NCBI GenBank assembly: GCA_003971905.1
Contig: RSEE01000165.1
Location: 1-64,000 of the forward strand
DNA: 64,000 nt
Reading direction: 5' to 3'
Source of the DNA: Moniliella sp. 'wahieum'
Lineage: Eukaryota
The position numbers and the translations under genes are program-made. Shown here piece after piece: positions 23,286-36,800 of this stretch. Within the stretch, counting starts at the first letter, position 1; the number at the start of each line of letters is the position of its first letter. A model generated the notes under the pieces. It saw only the letters and a program-made list of their open reading frames with translations, made no database searches and was not told the origin of the DNA.

Positions 23286-26198
23286 ATGGTGCATCCATTA
23301 GGGCTCGCCTCGGCGGCCCTCACCCTCGCCCTCACCCTCGCCCTCGCCCTCGCCGCCGTCGCCCCCACCACCGCCATGGCTAGCCCGCACCCGCTTCCGC
23401 AGCCCCCGCCTATGCTTCCCACGACTACTACGCCCTCCAGCTCGACCCGCGCGCACGCACCTCGCCCGGCGCGGCGCAGCAGGCGGCGCGCGACCTGGCG
23501 TCGAGCTGGTGGAGCGAGTGGGCGAACTGCCGGACCACTGGCTGTCCGCACCCCCAAGCCCACCTTGTCCACGCGCGCCACCTCCCACCGACGACGACCC
23601 CGTCCTGCGGCGTTGGCACCAGCTGCTGCTGCCCCAGACTGCACGCCGACGGTCTCTGTCGGGCGGGGCGATGATCCGCCATGTCGAGAAGCAGGTCCCG
23701 CGCCAACGAGCCAAGCGCGACCGCATCTACTCGCCCTGGGACACGCCCGAGGTGTACGCCGAGGCGTTGTCTGCGCGCGACGCGGACGGGCACGTCCGTC
23801 GCGACGATGCGCTGCCTTGGCGACGCCACCTGCCCGCGCCGCGCGGTGCGCAGCCCGACCCGCGCGACGATCCCGACTTTGCTTGGTTTGCGCAGCAGGC
23901 CAACAACAGCAGTGCCCACCTGCTCGCCGCGCGTCTTCCCCGCCGCCCGAGACGATCATCACCAGCATGGAGCGCCAGTTTGGTATCCACGACCCGATTT
24001 TCCCCAAGCAGTGGCACCTGGCCAACGACCGCATGCTCGGCAACGACCTCAACCTGTCGGGTGTCTGGGCCGAGGGCATCACGGGCCATGGTGTGCGCGT
24101 GGCGCTGATTGACGATGGGCTGGACATGCACTCGGACGACCTCAAGCCCAACTTTTACCCTGAAGGCTCGTACGACTTTAACGACCACACGCCCTTGCCC
24201 GAGCCGCGGCTGTTTGACGATACCCACGGCACGCGCTGTGCCGGCGAGATTGCGGCGGCAAAGAACGATGTGTGTGGGGTGGGCGTGGCGCACGATGCGC
24301 AGGTGGCCGGGCTGCGGATCTTGTCGGGCCCCATCTCAGATGCGGACGAGGCGGCGGCGCTCAACTACTACCGCTTCCACGACAACCACGTCTACAGTTG
24401 CAGCTGGGGCCCGCCCGACGATGGCCGCAGCATGGATGCGCCGCGCGGACTGATTGCCCAGGCCATCCTCAACGGCGTCCAGCGCGGACGCAACGGCAAA
24501 GGATCGGTGTATGTGTTTGCCGGCGGCAATGGCGGCGGGTCGGACGACCAGTGCAACTTTGATGGCTACACCCCCATCTACAGCATCACCATTGCCGCCG
24601 TCGACCGCGAGGGCAAGCACCCGTACTACTCGGAGATGTGTTCGGCCATCCTTGCCTCCAGCTGGTCGTCGGGATCGGGCGACCACATCCACACCACCGA
24701 CGCTGGCAACCTCAAGACGCACGAGCAGCGCTGCACCAGCGGGCACGGCGGCACGTCGGCCGCTGCGCCGCTCGTGGCGGGCATTGTTGCGCTCGGACTG
24801 TCGGTGCGGCCCGAGCTGACGTGGCGCGACGTGCAGCACGTGGCGATCAAGAGCGCGGCGATGGTCAACCCGGACGACGCCGACTGGCAGACGACACAGG
24901 CCGGGCGGCGGTACAACCACAAGTACGGCTACGGCGTGATTGATGCCTGGCAGTTTGTCCCACGCGCGGGAGCACGAGCTGGTCAAGCCGCAGGCGTGGC
25001 TTGCGTCCGAGGAGCAGACCATCGTGCCGACGGCCACGCTGATCCGCGAGGGCGGCGTGCACGCGACGCTGGCCATCACGGCCGACATGCTGCGCGCGGC
25101 GAACCTGGCGACCGTCGAGCACGTCACGGTCAAGGTGTGGGTCACCCACGAGCGGCGCGGCGACCTGCAGGTCGAGCTCGCCTCGCCGCACGGCACGACG
25201 AGCGTGCTGGCGCGCCCACGGCGGTACGACGAGGACCGCGACGGCCTGCCCGGGTGGGGGTTCATGACGCTCAAGCACTGGGGCGAGGACGCGGTGGGCA
25301 CGTGGACGCTGCGCGTGTTCGACCAGGCGCATCCGCTCCGCACGGGCAACCTCTGGCGCTGGCAGCTCACCCTCTGGGGCGAGAGCATCGACCCGGCGCG
25401 CGCCACGCCCTGGCGCTTCCCCGACGGCACCGACGAGGCCCAGGGCCGTCTCCCTGCGCCCGACGGCACCGCCGCGCCCACCGCCACCATCACGGACGCC
25501 GTCGCGGCCACCACCACCACGGACTCGGCCGCCAGCACGCAGCGCCCCAAGCCCACCCAGCAGCTCCCGCCCGACCACGGCGTGCGGCCAGGCGAGTCGG
25601 AGATCGACTTTACCCACCCTTCCCCGTCTGCGGACCGGCCCGAGGCCGACACGGCTACCTCGCGCGTCTGCGCGGCAACGGGCCCTGGGTCTGGGTCGGC
25701 GCCGGCGTCGCGCTCGCCTTCCTCGTTGGCTTGGCGGTGTACTTTGCGGTGTGGGTGCGTGCGCAGCGTCGGCGCCGCCGCGCGACGGGGTACGAGTTTT
25801 GTGCCCGACGAGGAGGAGGTGTGATGATGGGCCCGTTGGAGCGTACAGGGCTCGGGCGTGGGGGGCGTGGGCGTGGTGCGGCGCCGGCGCGCGCGCCGCA
25901 AAGGAACTGTACGATGCGTTTGGCGACGATGCGTCGGACGACGATGCGGCTGCGCGCGGTAGCGAGGACCGCACTGCGCTCCTCCGCGCCACCACCGACG
26001 TCTACCACGACGACCCGCACCAGCCCCACTTTGCGCTCCACGACGGCGACGTGTCCGACGACGACGACGGCGACGGCGACGAGGGCGACGATGCTCGCCA
26101 CGCCTCTGCGCCGCCGCCGCCGCCGCCGCGCGCCGGACGAGGTGGTGTTTGATGCGGACCACGACGGCGCGCCTGACGCTCGGACAACAAGGACGTAG
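23286..26198 (+). CDS. KEX2: Kexin (subtilisin S8B prohormone protease)
   Basis: Signal peptide; RQRAKR prodomain end; catalytic IDDG, HGTRCAGEI, GGNGG, GGTSAAAP; P-domain (EHVTVKV..RRGDL..FMTLKHWGE); C-terminal TM segment and acidic tail. Confidence 0.96.
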   Translation: MVHPLGLASAALTLALTLALALAAVAPTTAMASPHPLPQPPPMLPTTTTPSSSTRAHAPRPARRSRRRATWRRAGGASGRTAGPLAVRTPKPTLSTRATSHRRRPRPAALAPAAAAPDCTPTVSVGRGDDPPCREAGPAPTSQARPHLLALGHARGVRRGVVCARRGRARPSRRCAALATPPARAARCAARPARRSRLCLVCAAGQQQQCPPARRASSPPPETIITSMERQFGIHDPIFPKQWHLANDRMLGNDLNLSGVWAEGITGHGVRVALIDDGLDMHSDDLKPNFYPEGSYDFNDHTPLPEPRLFDDTHGTRCAGEIAAAKNDVCGVGVAHDAQVAGLRILSGPISDADEAAALNYYRFHDNHVYSCSWGPPDDGRSMDAPRGLIAQAILNGVQRGRNGKGSVYVFAGGNGGGSDDQCNFDGYTPIYSITIAAVDREGKHPYYSEMCSAILASSWSSGSGDHIHTTDAGNLKTHEQRCTSGHGGTSAAAPLVAGIVALGLSVRPELTWRDVQHVAIKSAAMVNPDDADWQTTQAGRRYNHKYGYGVIDAWQFVPRAGARAGQAAGVACVRGADHRADGHADPRGRRARDAGHHGRHAARGEPGDRRARHGQGVGHPRAARRPAGRARLAARHDERAGAPTAVRRGPRRPARVGVHDAQALGRGRGGHVDAARVRPGASAPHGQPLALAAHPLGREHRPGARHALALPRRHRRGPGPSPCARRHRRAHRHHHGRRRGHHHHGLGRQHAAPQAHPAAPARPRRAARRVGDRLYPPFPVCGPARGRHGYLARLRGNGPWVWVGAGVALAFLVGLAVYFAVWVRAQRRRRRATGYEFCARRGGGVMMGPLERTGLGRGGRGRGAAPARAPQRNCTMRLATMRRTTMRLRAVARTALRSSAPPPTSTTTTRTSPTLRSTTATCPTTTTATATRATMLATPLRRRRRRRAPDEVVFDADHDGAPDARTTRT

Positions 26199-26503
26199 AC
26201 GCTGCGCTTTACCTCTGGCGACACACAATGCATAACCCATCCCATCGCCACCGCCATTGCCGCCATCTCCGCCGCCATCCACGTCGTCGTCATCAACGTC
26301 GGCCCCATTGGACGGATGAGCGAGGCGTACGTAAGCACGTCAAATCATGCGTCACATGACACGCCTCACGCCGTTCCGCCCCCAACGATTCCGCCAGCGG
26401 CCACCCCGGCGTCCCCTGCATTGGAAGAGTAACCACCAACATCAGCACCAGCACCTCCACCACCACTCCCACCACCACTCCCACCACCAACACCTCCCCC
26501 GCG

Positions 26504-27448
26504 ATGAGCCAGGCCGCCAGCCTCTTCTCGCGCCTTGCCAGTGCGTCTCACCCCCCCCCCCGCGCGCTCCGCGTGCTGACCCTTAACCCCCCCCCCCCCC
26601 AGTCCCCCTCGGCGTCGCGGCGATCGGCGTGCAGGCCAGCCTGTACGACGTGCCCGGCGGGTACCGGGCGTGATGTTGACCGCTTTTTCCGGCGTCAAGC
26701 CGCAGGCCACTGGCGAGGGCACGCATTTCCTCGTCCCGTGGCTCCAGCGCGCCATCCTGTACGACGTGCGCATCAAGCCCCGCACCATCTCCACCACCAC
26801 GGGCTCGAAGGACCTGCAGATGATCACGCTGTCCCTCCGTGTGCTCTCCCGGCCGGATGTGCAGCACCTGTCGAGCATTTACCAGGGCCTGGGACTGGAC
26901 TACGACGAGCGTGTGCTGCCGTCGATCGGAACGAAGTGCTCAAGGCGACCGTGGCGCAATTTGATGCGGCCGAACTCATCACCCAGCGCGAGGTGGTCTC
27001 GGCGCGCATCCGGGAAGACTTGTTGCGTCGCGCGCGCGAGTTTAACATTATTCTCGAAGACGTCTCCATTACGCACCTGACGTTCGGACGCGAATTCACC
27101 AAGGCCGTAGAGCAAAAGCAGATTGCCCAGCAGGACGCGGAGCGGGCCAAGTTTGTGGTGGAAAAGGCCGAGCAGGAACGACAGGCGTCGGTCATTCGCG
27201 CCGAGGGCGAAGCCGAAGCCGCCGCCACCATCTCGTCCGCGCTGGAAAAGGCCGGCGACGGGTTGCTGACCATTCGCCGGATCGATGCGTCGAAGGACAT
27301 TGCGTCGACGCTGGCCAACAGCCGCAACGTGACCTACCCCACACGGCAACGGCATGCTGTACGTCTTTCTCTTTTTCTTGAGCCCAGGGCGCGCACGTAC
27401 TGACCAAGGGTTCCCGTGTGGACCAGACTGAATGTACCGGCGCCGTAA
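26504..27448 (+). CDS. PHB1: Prohibitin 1
   Basis: [84 protein letters not shown]. Introns at ~26542-26622 and ~27359-27426. Confidence 0.95.
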
Positions 27449-27988
27449 ACGAGGAGAGACCAAAGCTACCACATTTATTCTTGGCATTGACCACACTGCT
27501 CACAGAAGAAGAGGAGGGGGGGGTAGCGGACCGGGGAGGTATGGGTGTGTAAGGTGCAAGCAGTGCGCTTCTTGGCGCCAGCCAAGGTTCAGTTGCATTC
27601 GATTCTGATTGGTCATGGCATTATTCATCTCATCTCATCTCATCTCACATCTTTCATCTCTCGCCTCTTATCGTTTAACGGGGAGGCGAAACGGCGAGGC
27701 GAAACGCACGCGACAGCCAGACAAACAGACTGAGATGCCACCCAATCCGGGGACACAGCAGGGCTGGATCGCAATCGCTACGTACAGGACGCTGGGGACC
27801 AACCCGTCCGCAGCGAGGAGCGCGCCGAGAGTAATCGTGGGGGCAGGTGGTGGTGCCCAAACAGGAACGACAACACCAAAAACGGAAAAAGACAAGCCAT
27901 TGATCGATCATTCATGCAGAGGAAGCACAGGGGCAGGAGGAAGGAGCAGGGAGGGAAAGGAGGGAGTATAAGGGGGAAGGAGGGGGAA

Positions 27989-30900
27989 TCAGGCAACGTA
28001 ACGTAAGTGTTACGTTCGCCGTCGACGCGTTCCATGTAATCTTTTCGATCAGCGCTTCGAACGAGCGTTTGATCTCGGTCACGTCGACGGTGAAGCGGGG
28101 CGAGATGGCTTTGATGACTTCCTGGAGCAGCGAGTTGTGGGACAACTGTTTTTGGGCTTTAAGAATGCGCACCGCGGCCGCCTGCAGGACCAAGTCGCGT
28201 TCCATCAACACCTGGCTCTCGGTCTGCTTACGTTCCTCCATCGTTTCCGCCTGCTGCAGCTGGCTGATGCGAATGCGCAACCGATCGTTCTTAAAGTGCT
28301 CGTTGATGGTGAACGGTCGGTGGGATCGACGAGCTTGCCCTGCGGATGCTTGCGCAACACACGCCCGGGATCGGGCCCGAGGCAAGCGCCAGCAACACCC
28401 GTTTCAACTCGTCCTCTGGGATCATGGTTTGCTCGAGAATCTGCTCAAAGGTCAGCGAACGCGGCGGCTGCGACGGCGAGGACGCGTGCGCAGACGACGC
28501 TGCCGCGCTCGGAGAGGGCGCGTCCAGGGTAGACCGCGTTGAAGAGCAACAGCACCATGGCCTGGTAGGGCGAGACGATGAGCAGCTGCCGCTGGGGCTT
28601 GTTGGGCATCTGCCCTGAGAAAGATGAGGCCCAAGGTATGTTGCCAGCGCAGGACACGGCCTTGGTGGCGCGAGGCGTAGAACTGTTCAAACAGCTGTGT
28701 CGCGCGCTGCAGCGACGCGGGCAAGCGCACCGCCGCATGGACGGGGTAACTGGGCCAATGTGCATGCGTCAGCACATGCACGTCCATCGCAAACCCAAGT
28801 GTGTTGTGTTCCGGATCGTCCGACGCGGCCTTGGTCGCGAACCGCCGCCAAGAAGCCGTCATGTCGTCGCTCACCCGGATGTCCTTCACATCGTCTCGAG
28901 CCGCCGCGTGAATTCCGGGCCACAGATCGCCTTGAGCTTCAGCAGCAGGTTCGCCTCTGCGTCCGAGCTGGCACTCTTGTTGAGCAGCAACGCTTGGCAA
29001 AGTACCGCGTGTAGAATTCTTCAAACATGTCCTTGTCTGGTGCGCAGAGGCAAGAGAAGGAATGCAAAAAAATAGCATGTCAGTTCACGTCGTCCACGCA
29101 CAGCACAGCATAACAACGCGGGTGTGACCCAAGCAGGACCGAACCCCCCCCGCAAGGATAAGAAAAAGAACAAAGCAGAAGGAGAAGGAGAAGGAGATAC
29201 CGATACAGATACGCACCCTTGATAAACCGGAACAGACGCAGCGATCGTCCAAGTCCTGCATCAACTCCTCGTCGCCCTTATCGCGCACGCCGAGGCGCAA
29301 CAACGTATCGAGGTGCTTGGCCAGCATGACGGCCGGTAGATTGTCGCGCTTGGCAATGCCCGTGGCAAACCCGTCGCCGAGGGCAGAGAGAAACGTGTCG
29401 GCCTGGTCGGCAAACGTGCTGGTGACCATGCCCGACAAATCTTTCCACAACGCAATCAAATTGGGAATCATGCTGGCCGGTGCGCCCGTATTGACGATCG
29501 CATGTGTCTTTTCCTCGACAAACGTGCGGAACACACGCAGGAACGTGGCGCGGGCACGTCGCCCTTGCGCACCGGCGCGACGAGGGAAAACTTCCGGCTG
29601 GCAGGGGGACGGGGCACGTCGGCGTCGTCCACGTCCACAAGGAAGCTTACTTGAGGGTACCGCGACATGAGACGGTACAGCACGCCCACATCATACCACG
29701 ACGACGAATCCAATAGAGACGGTACCAATTCCATCAGCTCTGTCACTTGCTCGTCGACCAAAATCCCAATCAACACGGCCATGAGCCGACGCACTTGTTT
29801 CTTGTCCTTGCCCAGCACCAGCAGCGCCAAATTCGTTTCAAACTCCAGCACGCCCTGCGCCCAATTCGCATACAACGCCGCAGCGTTCCCGCGGTTCATG
29901 GCGCTGGGCAACGAACTGGTCGATGCACCCGCAGCGGCCGGAACCGACTCGGTCTCCCCCTCGCCCTCGGCCTCGGTCGCCATCTCCACGTCCATCTCGG
30001 TCCCTGGCTCGTGCGCTGCGCCGCTGGTCGACGCTGGCGTCGCGTCTGTGGTCGGCGGCGCGGACGCTGCGCCCGACGAGGCGGTAGCTGTAGCGTCGGC
30101 CCAGGCCGATGCTTCGAGCTTGCAGCGGGCCAAGATGCGCACGGCGAGCGAACGGTAGTACGTGGGGAGCGCCTGCTTGTGGGACAGGGCGTGGTTGCTG
30201 GACGACCAGCGGTATGCGTACCCGATCTCTCGTCGCAAGGCGAGGAAAGAAAGGAGGAAAGAAGGTAGGTGGGCCTTGTCCCATCGCAGGGCCAGCACGC
30301 CTGGGAAAGCGTACTGCAGCAGCGGAGTTTGGACCACGGGCGTGCGCAGTGCCAGATCAAACAGTACCGAAAAGGATTGTGTAACAGCGAGCTTGAGAGG
30401 ACTGGGATCGTCGATGTACCTGTACGACAGTTGGTTGAGCATGTCCGCCTCCCCCCCGAGCGGCAACATGATCTGTGCCACAATCTTGGCCAGCTGCACC
30501 TCCTTCTTGAGCTCAGCAACAAAGTAGGCCAAAATGTTTCGAGACGGACCAGGTCGTCGGCGGTGCCCACGGCCAAGTCCGACGCACCTAGCACGGTGGT
30601 CTCAAAGACACGTGTGTGGTGCGTGGTGCGCCGCTTGATCCACGCAAGGATCGCAGTGTGGAACTTTTCCGATTTGAAGTCCACGTCGTGCGGGGGCCGT
30701 TCGACCAGATCGCCCATCTCCAAGTCCTGGGCCTCGCGCACCATCAGGTTCAGGTCGAGCTGGGGGAAGTAAGGCGCATGGGAGGGCAGGCCAAGGAGGA
30801 GGTTGAACTGGTGCTCCAGCGGTGTGCCTACATCGTGCATCGACGGCAGCGGGGCAGCCGGGTCGGCCAACCAGTTCACCAAGTCAGGCGGCTGCGGCAG

Positions 30901-31127
30901 AGGTTTGACGACAAAGGCACAATGAGCATGTTTGTGGTTGGTGGGGGGTGGCCCAGGCGGTGGTGCGCGGACGGTCGACGGGCGCGCTGGCCAGGACGGC
31001 ATGGACAAAGGGTCGGACGAGGTGTGGGAAGGCACGGCGCCCGTGCGCCGCGTGGGATCGTGCTCGCGCGCGCGAAGGCGGCGTGGAGCACGCCGGCGGC
31101 GGGCATCGACGCAGACGTGGCGGCCAT
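27989..31127 (-). CDS. Cullin, cullin-4-like, with divergent N-terminal half
   Basis: MLAKHLDTLLR, KDMFEEFY..AKRLLLNKSASSDAE, VHVLTHAHWPSYP, GRVLRWQHTLG, neddylation motif LQAAAVRILKAQK, C-terminal YMER..YVA*. Intron ~29050-29216. Confidence 0.88.
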
Positions 31128-31549
31128 GGAGCGGGGGGAGTGGTGGTGGTGGTGGTGGAAGTGGAAGTGATGGTGGTGGTGGTGGAAGTGGAAGTGGTGG
31201 TGGTGGTGGTGGAAGTAGAAGTGATGGTGGTGGTGGTGCTGATGGTGGTCGAATGCGTCGCGGCGGCCACGGTGCCAGCCGCTCATGTCAGCCTGCCACC
31301 TGCCAGCTCTGTGGGGACTATGGTCCTGCGTCCGATGCACGCACGTGACAATGGCACGTGATACGGCACGTGACGACCATCTATCCTAGTTCCCCATGAG
31401 AAGATCTGTCTTTTTGTTTGTCTTTTCCTCCCCCGTCGCTCTTCTGTCTACCATACCTCCACCTCCACCTCCACCCCCCCCTCCCCCTCCCCATCTGGTC
31501 GTGGGCAATGCAATGGAATGCGATGCTAGCGTTCGTGACGGCGCTCGGC

Positions 31550-32847
31550 TCACGCAGTGACGGCGTGGATGGAGGCGGCGAGGTGCTGGATGTTGCCCGG
31601 GGTGATGCCGGCGACCGAGATGCGGCCGTCCTTGGTGAGGTAGACGTGGTGCTCCTGCACCAGCTTGGCCACCTGCTCGGGCGAGAGCCCCGTGTAGCAG
31701 AACATGCCAATCTGGCTCGTGATGTGGTCCCAGTTGAGTTGCTGCCGTGCTCCTCGACGAGCAGTGCCTTGAGTTGGGCGCGCATGCCGTTGATCCGGTC
31801 GGCCATGCCCTTCACCTCGCCGAGCCACTGCGCATTGAGCTCGGGCGTGTTGAGGATCTCCGACGCAATGCGCGCGCCGTTGCAGGGCGGGTTGCTGTAC
31901 AGCGGCCGGACCAGGATCTTGATCTGGCTGTCCACGCGCGCCTTCTCCTCCGGGTCGGCCGTGACGAGCGAGTACGCTCCCACCCGCTCGCCGTACAGCC
32001 CCATGTTCTTGGCAAACGACTGCGACAACATCACCGGGTGACCCTGCTCGACAAAGTAGCGCAGCGCAAACGCATCGCGCTCAGCGTCGCCCGAGGCAAA
32101 GCCCTGGTACGCCATGTCGAGGAAGGGGAGGTGGCCCTTTTGCTTGAGCAGCGAGCTGATTTCCTTCCACTGCGCCTGGGTCGGGTCGACACCAGTGGGG
32201 TTGTGTGCACACGCATGGAGCAAGATGATCGATCCCTCGGGCGCCTGCAGCAGATCCTCCTTCAGACCCTCAAAGTCGAGCCCGACGGTACGCTTGTCGT
32301 AGTAGCGGTACTGCTTGACCTCGAGGCCGGCGTCGCGCATAAGGGCGTGTGGTTGCCCCACGACGGCGACGGCAGGTACACCGTCTTGGGGCCCGGGTAG
32401 TGGCGCTGGAGAAAGGCAGCGGCAATGCGGAGCGCACCAGTGCCCGAGATGGACTGGGTAACGGCGATGCGGCCGTCACGGAGCGGGGCCGAGTCGGGAC
32501 CATAGGCCAGCTCGAGCGCCTTGGCAGTGAAGGAGGCAAGACCAGTGATGGGCAGGTACTCCTGTCGAGCTGCTTGGCCAGCAGACGTTCCTCGGCCGCG
32601 CGGACCGAGGGCAGGACATAGGGCTTGCCCTGGGCGTCGCGGTAGGCACCGACACCGAGGTTGATCTTGCGCGGGTCCTGGTCGCGCTTGAAGGCCTCGG
32701 TGACGCCGAGGATGGGGTCGGGCGGGCCGGCCTTGACGGCGGCCCAGGTGGAGGCGGGGCGGCGCGGGCAACGAGTGGCGGGAGGCGGAAGGCGGCGCGG
32801 GGGAGTGCGCGGGGGAGCGCGCGGGGCAGGGCGCGGGCGGCGAGCAT
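31550..32847 (-). CDS. AAT1: Aspartate aminotransferase, mitochondrial
   Basis: Arg/Ala presequence; [55 protein letters not shown]-lysine motif [29 protein letters not shown]. Confidence 0.96.
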
Positions 32848-33813
32848 GGTGGGGTGGGGTGGGGGTGGTGGAGGAAGAGGAAGAGGAAGAGGAAGAGGAA
32901 GAGGAAGAGACAAGACGGAAGAAGAAGAGCGCCCAGGGGCAGACGAGAGGACGTGATAAATAGCACGGGAAACAGCCGCGGCGGCCGGCGGGGTGGAACA
33001 GGGCTGGCGGGGAATAAGACACTGCCCCCGTGCGGGGCGCCAATAAGTCCGTCGGGCAGGGGGCGAGTGTGTGGGCGCAGCGCCTGCTGTGCATCTGCGC
33101 CCACTTGCGGGCCTGGGAGCGCCACCCGGGGCGTTCCGCAGCACTGCCCCCGTGCGTGTGCTGGGCGCTGTGGGCGAGAGCGGTGTGCTGCGCCCCGTGG
33201 ACGAAGGGTGGCGTGGTGCCTGGCTGCGCAACCTTCTCACGCGTCGCGCAGGGACACAGCGTCTGCGTTCCCATCCGCTGTCTCGGCCGTGTGTCTTCGC
33301 GGCTGCCAGCGCCTCAGCCTTTCTCACCTCGTCTTGTCCCATCAGATCCAGATCTCCGAGGCCTGCTCCGCGGTGCAAACGCTGGCCATGGCACGCAGGG
33401 TAGGCTGTCGAGTGGGGTTCGTCGTACAATGGGCCAGCGCGTGCGAGCAGCGGCGGACATGTCCCATCGCCATCCGACGGCGGGCTGAGCAGCTCGGAGC
33501 GGCTCCGCCAGCCGCGCCGCCAGCGCAGTTAACGCAGCAGCAACCATCAATCATCTAATCTAACATGCAACACGTACCACGCGCAGCCCCATCCCCTGTG
33601 CCTCTCACAGGCGCAGTGCCACGGCCTGGGGGGTGCGGGGCACACAAAGCCGCCCCGACAAGAAACCAAAACACAACAGTAAACCCGAAACCAGAGCAAA
33701 AAGAAGGGACAGTCGATCGACCCAGAGACCCATGGGTACATGTTACACGTTACGCGTTATCCGTTACTGGTGGTGCATTACATGGATTCGATCGGCGATC
33801 GGCGTACTCGAGC

Positions 33814-36800
33814 TTAGCTCGTGCGCGCCGACGCACGGGCCTCGTCGGCCGTGGGAAAGCGGGTGCGCAGCCAGGGCGCCAGCTGGGCCAGCACCGCCGC
33901 CCAGTCCGGCGCGTCGGCTGCCCCGCCGCCCGCCGGCACCCACTCCACGTGCGAGAAGCTGGCGGGCGAGCGCTGCGTCGGCGTCAACGTCAGCTCCCGC
34001 ACCAGCAGCGCCCTCGCCTCTGTCTGCGCCGTCTCGGACGCTCCACCCGTCGTCTCGCCGTCTTGGGGGCCACCTGGGGGGGCACCTGGGGGGACACCTG
34101 GGGGGACACCTGGGCGGGCGGCAAGCGCCACACACGCCGGAGCGCACGGTGGTACCGCACCAGCTGCAGAGGCACAGTCTCCGTGTGCGCCGGCCGGACC
34201 ACCTCGGGCACCAGCTCGGCCGGCACACTGAGCGTCGCGGGCGGTGCGCCGGGCGGGAAGAAGGATTGGCTCGGGTGCAGCTGCGCCCGCTCTTGTGTCA
34301 AGCACTTTAATCCCACGGTTTTCTTCCCACGGCCAGGACTGCGCGATGATGCCGCGTGCGAGGCGTTGTCGCTGCTGGTGCTAGTGTTGGTGGTGGTGCT
34401 GCTGGTGCTGCTGCTGGGTGGTCTTCAGTTTGGTAGATTGGTCGGGCGTCGCCAACACCGGCAGATTGCACGTCGCGGTCCATGTCCATACGCCGGACGC
34501 TTTGGCTTCCGCGTCGGCCTGGAGCGTGTGCTCGAGCGCGTGCAGCTGCTCCGACGACCGCTCCAACTGGTCCAGAAGCGGGAACAGAATTTCGTCCGAG
34601 AGGTACGCGTCCAGCTCCGCATGCCGCTCCAGGTCCATGTCGCTGGTACTGTGTGCATGGAGTCCATCCCAATCCCAATTCCAATCCCAATCCCAATCCC
34701 AATCCAGTCGTACATCACAACCGACAACCCACAAGCCAAACACAAAACACAAAATACAAACCACATGAGGATTGTCAGCCACGCACACCCGCAGACTGGA
34801 TAGAGGAACGCTCAGACGAGGACGTACCTGCTCAGCGCGGCGACATGCGCCGTGCGACTGGTATGCCACACAGTGCGCTCCACCTGCCACAGGGGCAAGT
34901 TACCCTGTGCCAGCGCGCGCACATCGTCAAACAACTGGTGCCCCGACACTTCCACGTCCAGCGTCACCTCTGACCCGGGCACACAGTAGGACAACACGAG
35001 GTGATCTTGTTTCGCCTCGAGCGCCAACGGCCCGCGCGCTCCCACGCTTCCTTCCTTCCCTTGCATCCCGGCGTCTAACCGGCCTTCCAACCCTTCAAGG
35101 GAATCAGAGGTTGCGCGCGCCCACACTTGGCCATAGGGCACTTCGGTCGGGACGAAGACCGCACAGTAACCCCAGCAGCCCCAGCAGCCCCCGCCCCAGC
35201 AGCCCCAGCCCCAGCGACGGCAGCGGAGGCATCAGTCCCAGTAGGCCACGCGAGGTGCAACGGACGCGAGCTTAAAGCAGCTTGCACCGTCGCCTCAGTT
35301 GCGGGCACCACCAACCCACCCACTGTCGCACTGAACCGTTCCGACCCGCCTGGTGCCCCGGCCCACGCGGATCCTTCCAACGCGCAAAGTTGCTCCCAAC
35401 TCGCGCTGCACCCACTTTCCTTGTCTGTCGCGGTTGCGGACTCGGGCTCGGGCTCGAATGCGGACTCGAACTCGGACTCGGACTCGGACTCGGACTCGGG
35501 CTTGGGCTCGGTGGTGTGGGTCGCGGTGGGCGTGTGCGTGTGGCCGAGCGGGGCAAACGGGGCGAAGAGGTGCCAGTGCGAATCGCAGCCTGGCCCGGAC
35601 ACTGTCGTCCCGGTGTGAGAAGGGGTGCTGGTGTGCGTACTGGCGCTCAGGTGCGTACTTGGGTGCGTACTTGGATCGGTGGTTGTGCTTGGGAGCGTGG
35701 ACGGCGGGGGCCGCTGCATACGGGAAAAAGTAAAGGCGAGCCAGGGTAGCGGGGACTAAGTTGAGCATTGAGCGGGACTTGGAGCAGCAGACCCTCGGCG
35801 GACCAAGGAAGTGTACTGGGCGTCAGATACGGTGCCAAGTACACCTCGCCCCCGCATGTGCAGGCGACGCTACCGCACCGCATGCGGAGATGGGCAACCG
35901 GACGACTCGCCTCCCGAAGAAGAAGAAGAGGGTTCCGTCGTTGGGCAATCCGTCGTTGGGCAATCCGTCGTTGGGCAATCCGTCGTTGGGCAATCCGTCG
36001 TTGGGCAATCCGTCGTTGGGGAATCTGTACTTGGGGGATCCGTAGAAGATGTCTCTGTGGCAGGAGAATGGGCGCGAGAGTCCTGCAGAGCAGGAGGATG
36101 CGCCGACTCGGACTCGGGCGGGGACGAATCCAACACCCACCGCTCGGCCGTCGCGTTCTTCCATGCTGACAGATGGTATTCCGCCAACAAGCCCGCGGCC
36201 TCGGTAGCTTCGTCCGGCCGGATAAAAATAAGTGGTAGCGCGTGGCGCCGGCGGGTGGGTCCCCGCTGTCCGCCGCGTCGCCACCGTTCCCCCGTCGGCA
36301 CGGTCGTTGGGCAGAGGACGCGTTGGCACGGTAGGCGTATGGCGGAGCGCGGCATGGGGCAGGACGAGGCACTGGGACCGGCGGAGAATCGTAGCAAGTA
36401 CCCCTGCTGGGACGAGGGAGAGCGGAGCGACCCAGTGGGGATAAGCGTGTGCCAACGCGGCTGGTGGAACGAGGTCGAGGGTAGTGCCGACGACCGACTC
36501 GGCCAGGCTGAGCACCTCGCTCCGAGCGCGCGCTGTCCCGCTCGCCGAACCGGTAAAGCTCACGTGGTTCGCTTGGCGTACAAAGTCCAGCTCCACGTCC
36601 AACCGCTGTTCGAGCGCTTGCTTGAGCACAGGCCGTTGCGACAGCAGCATCCACACCACGGGATCGAGGCGCAAGGGCGCGGCCGAGGCGGAATCCGACG
36701 AGGTCGAACCAGAAGCGGAAGCAGAGCCAGAAGCAGAACCAGAAGCAGTACCAGCAGCAGCGGGGGGAGGCGGTGGGGCCAGTTCGTGCGGATGGACAAT

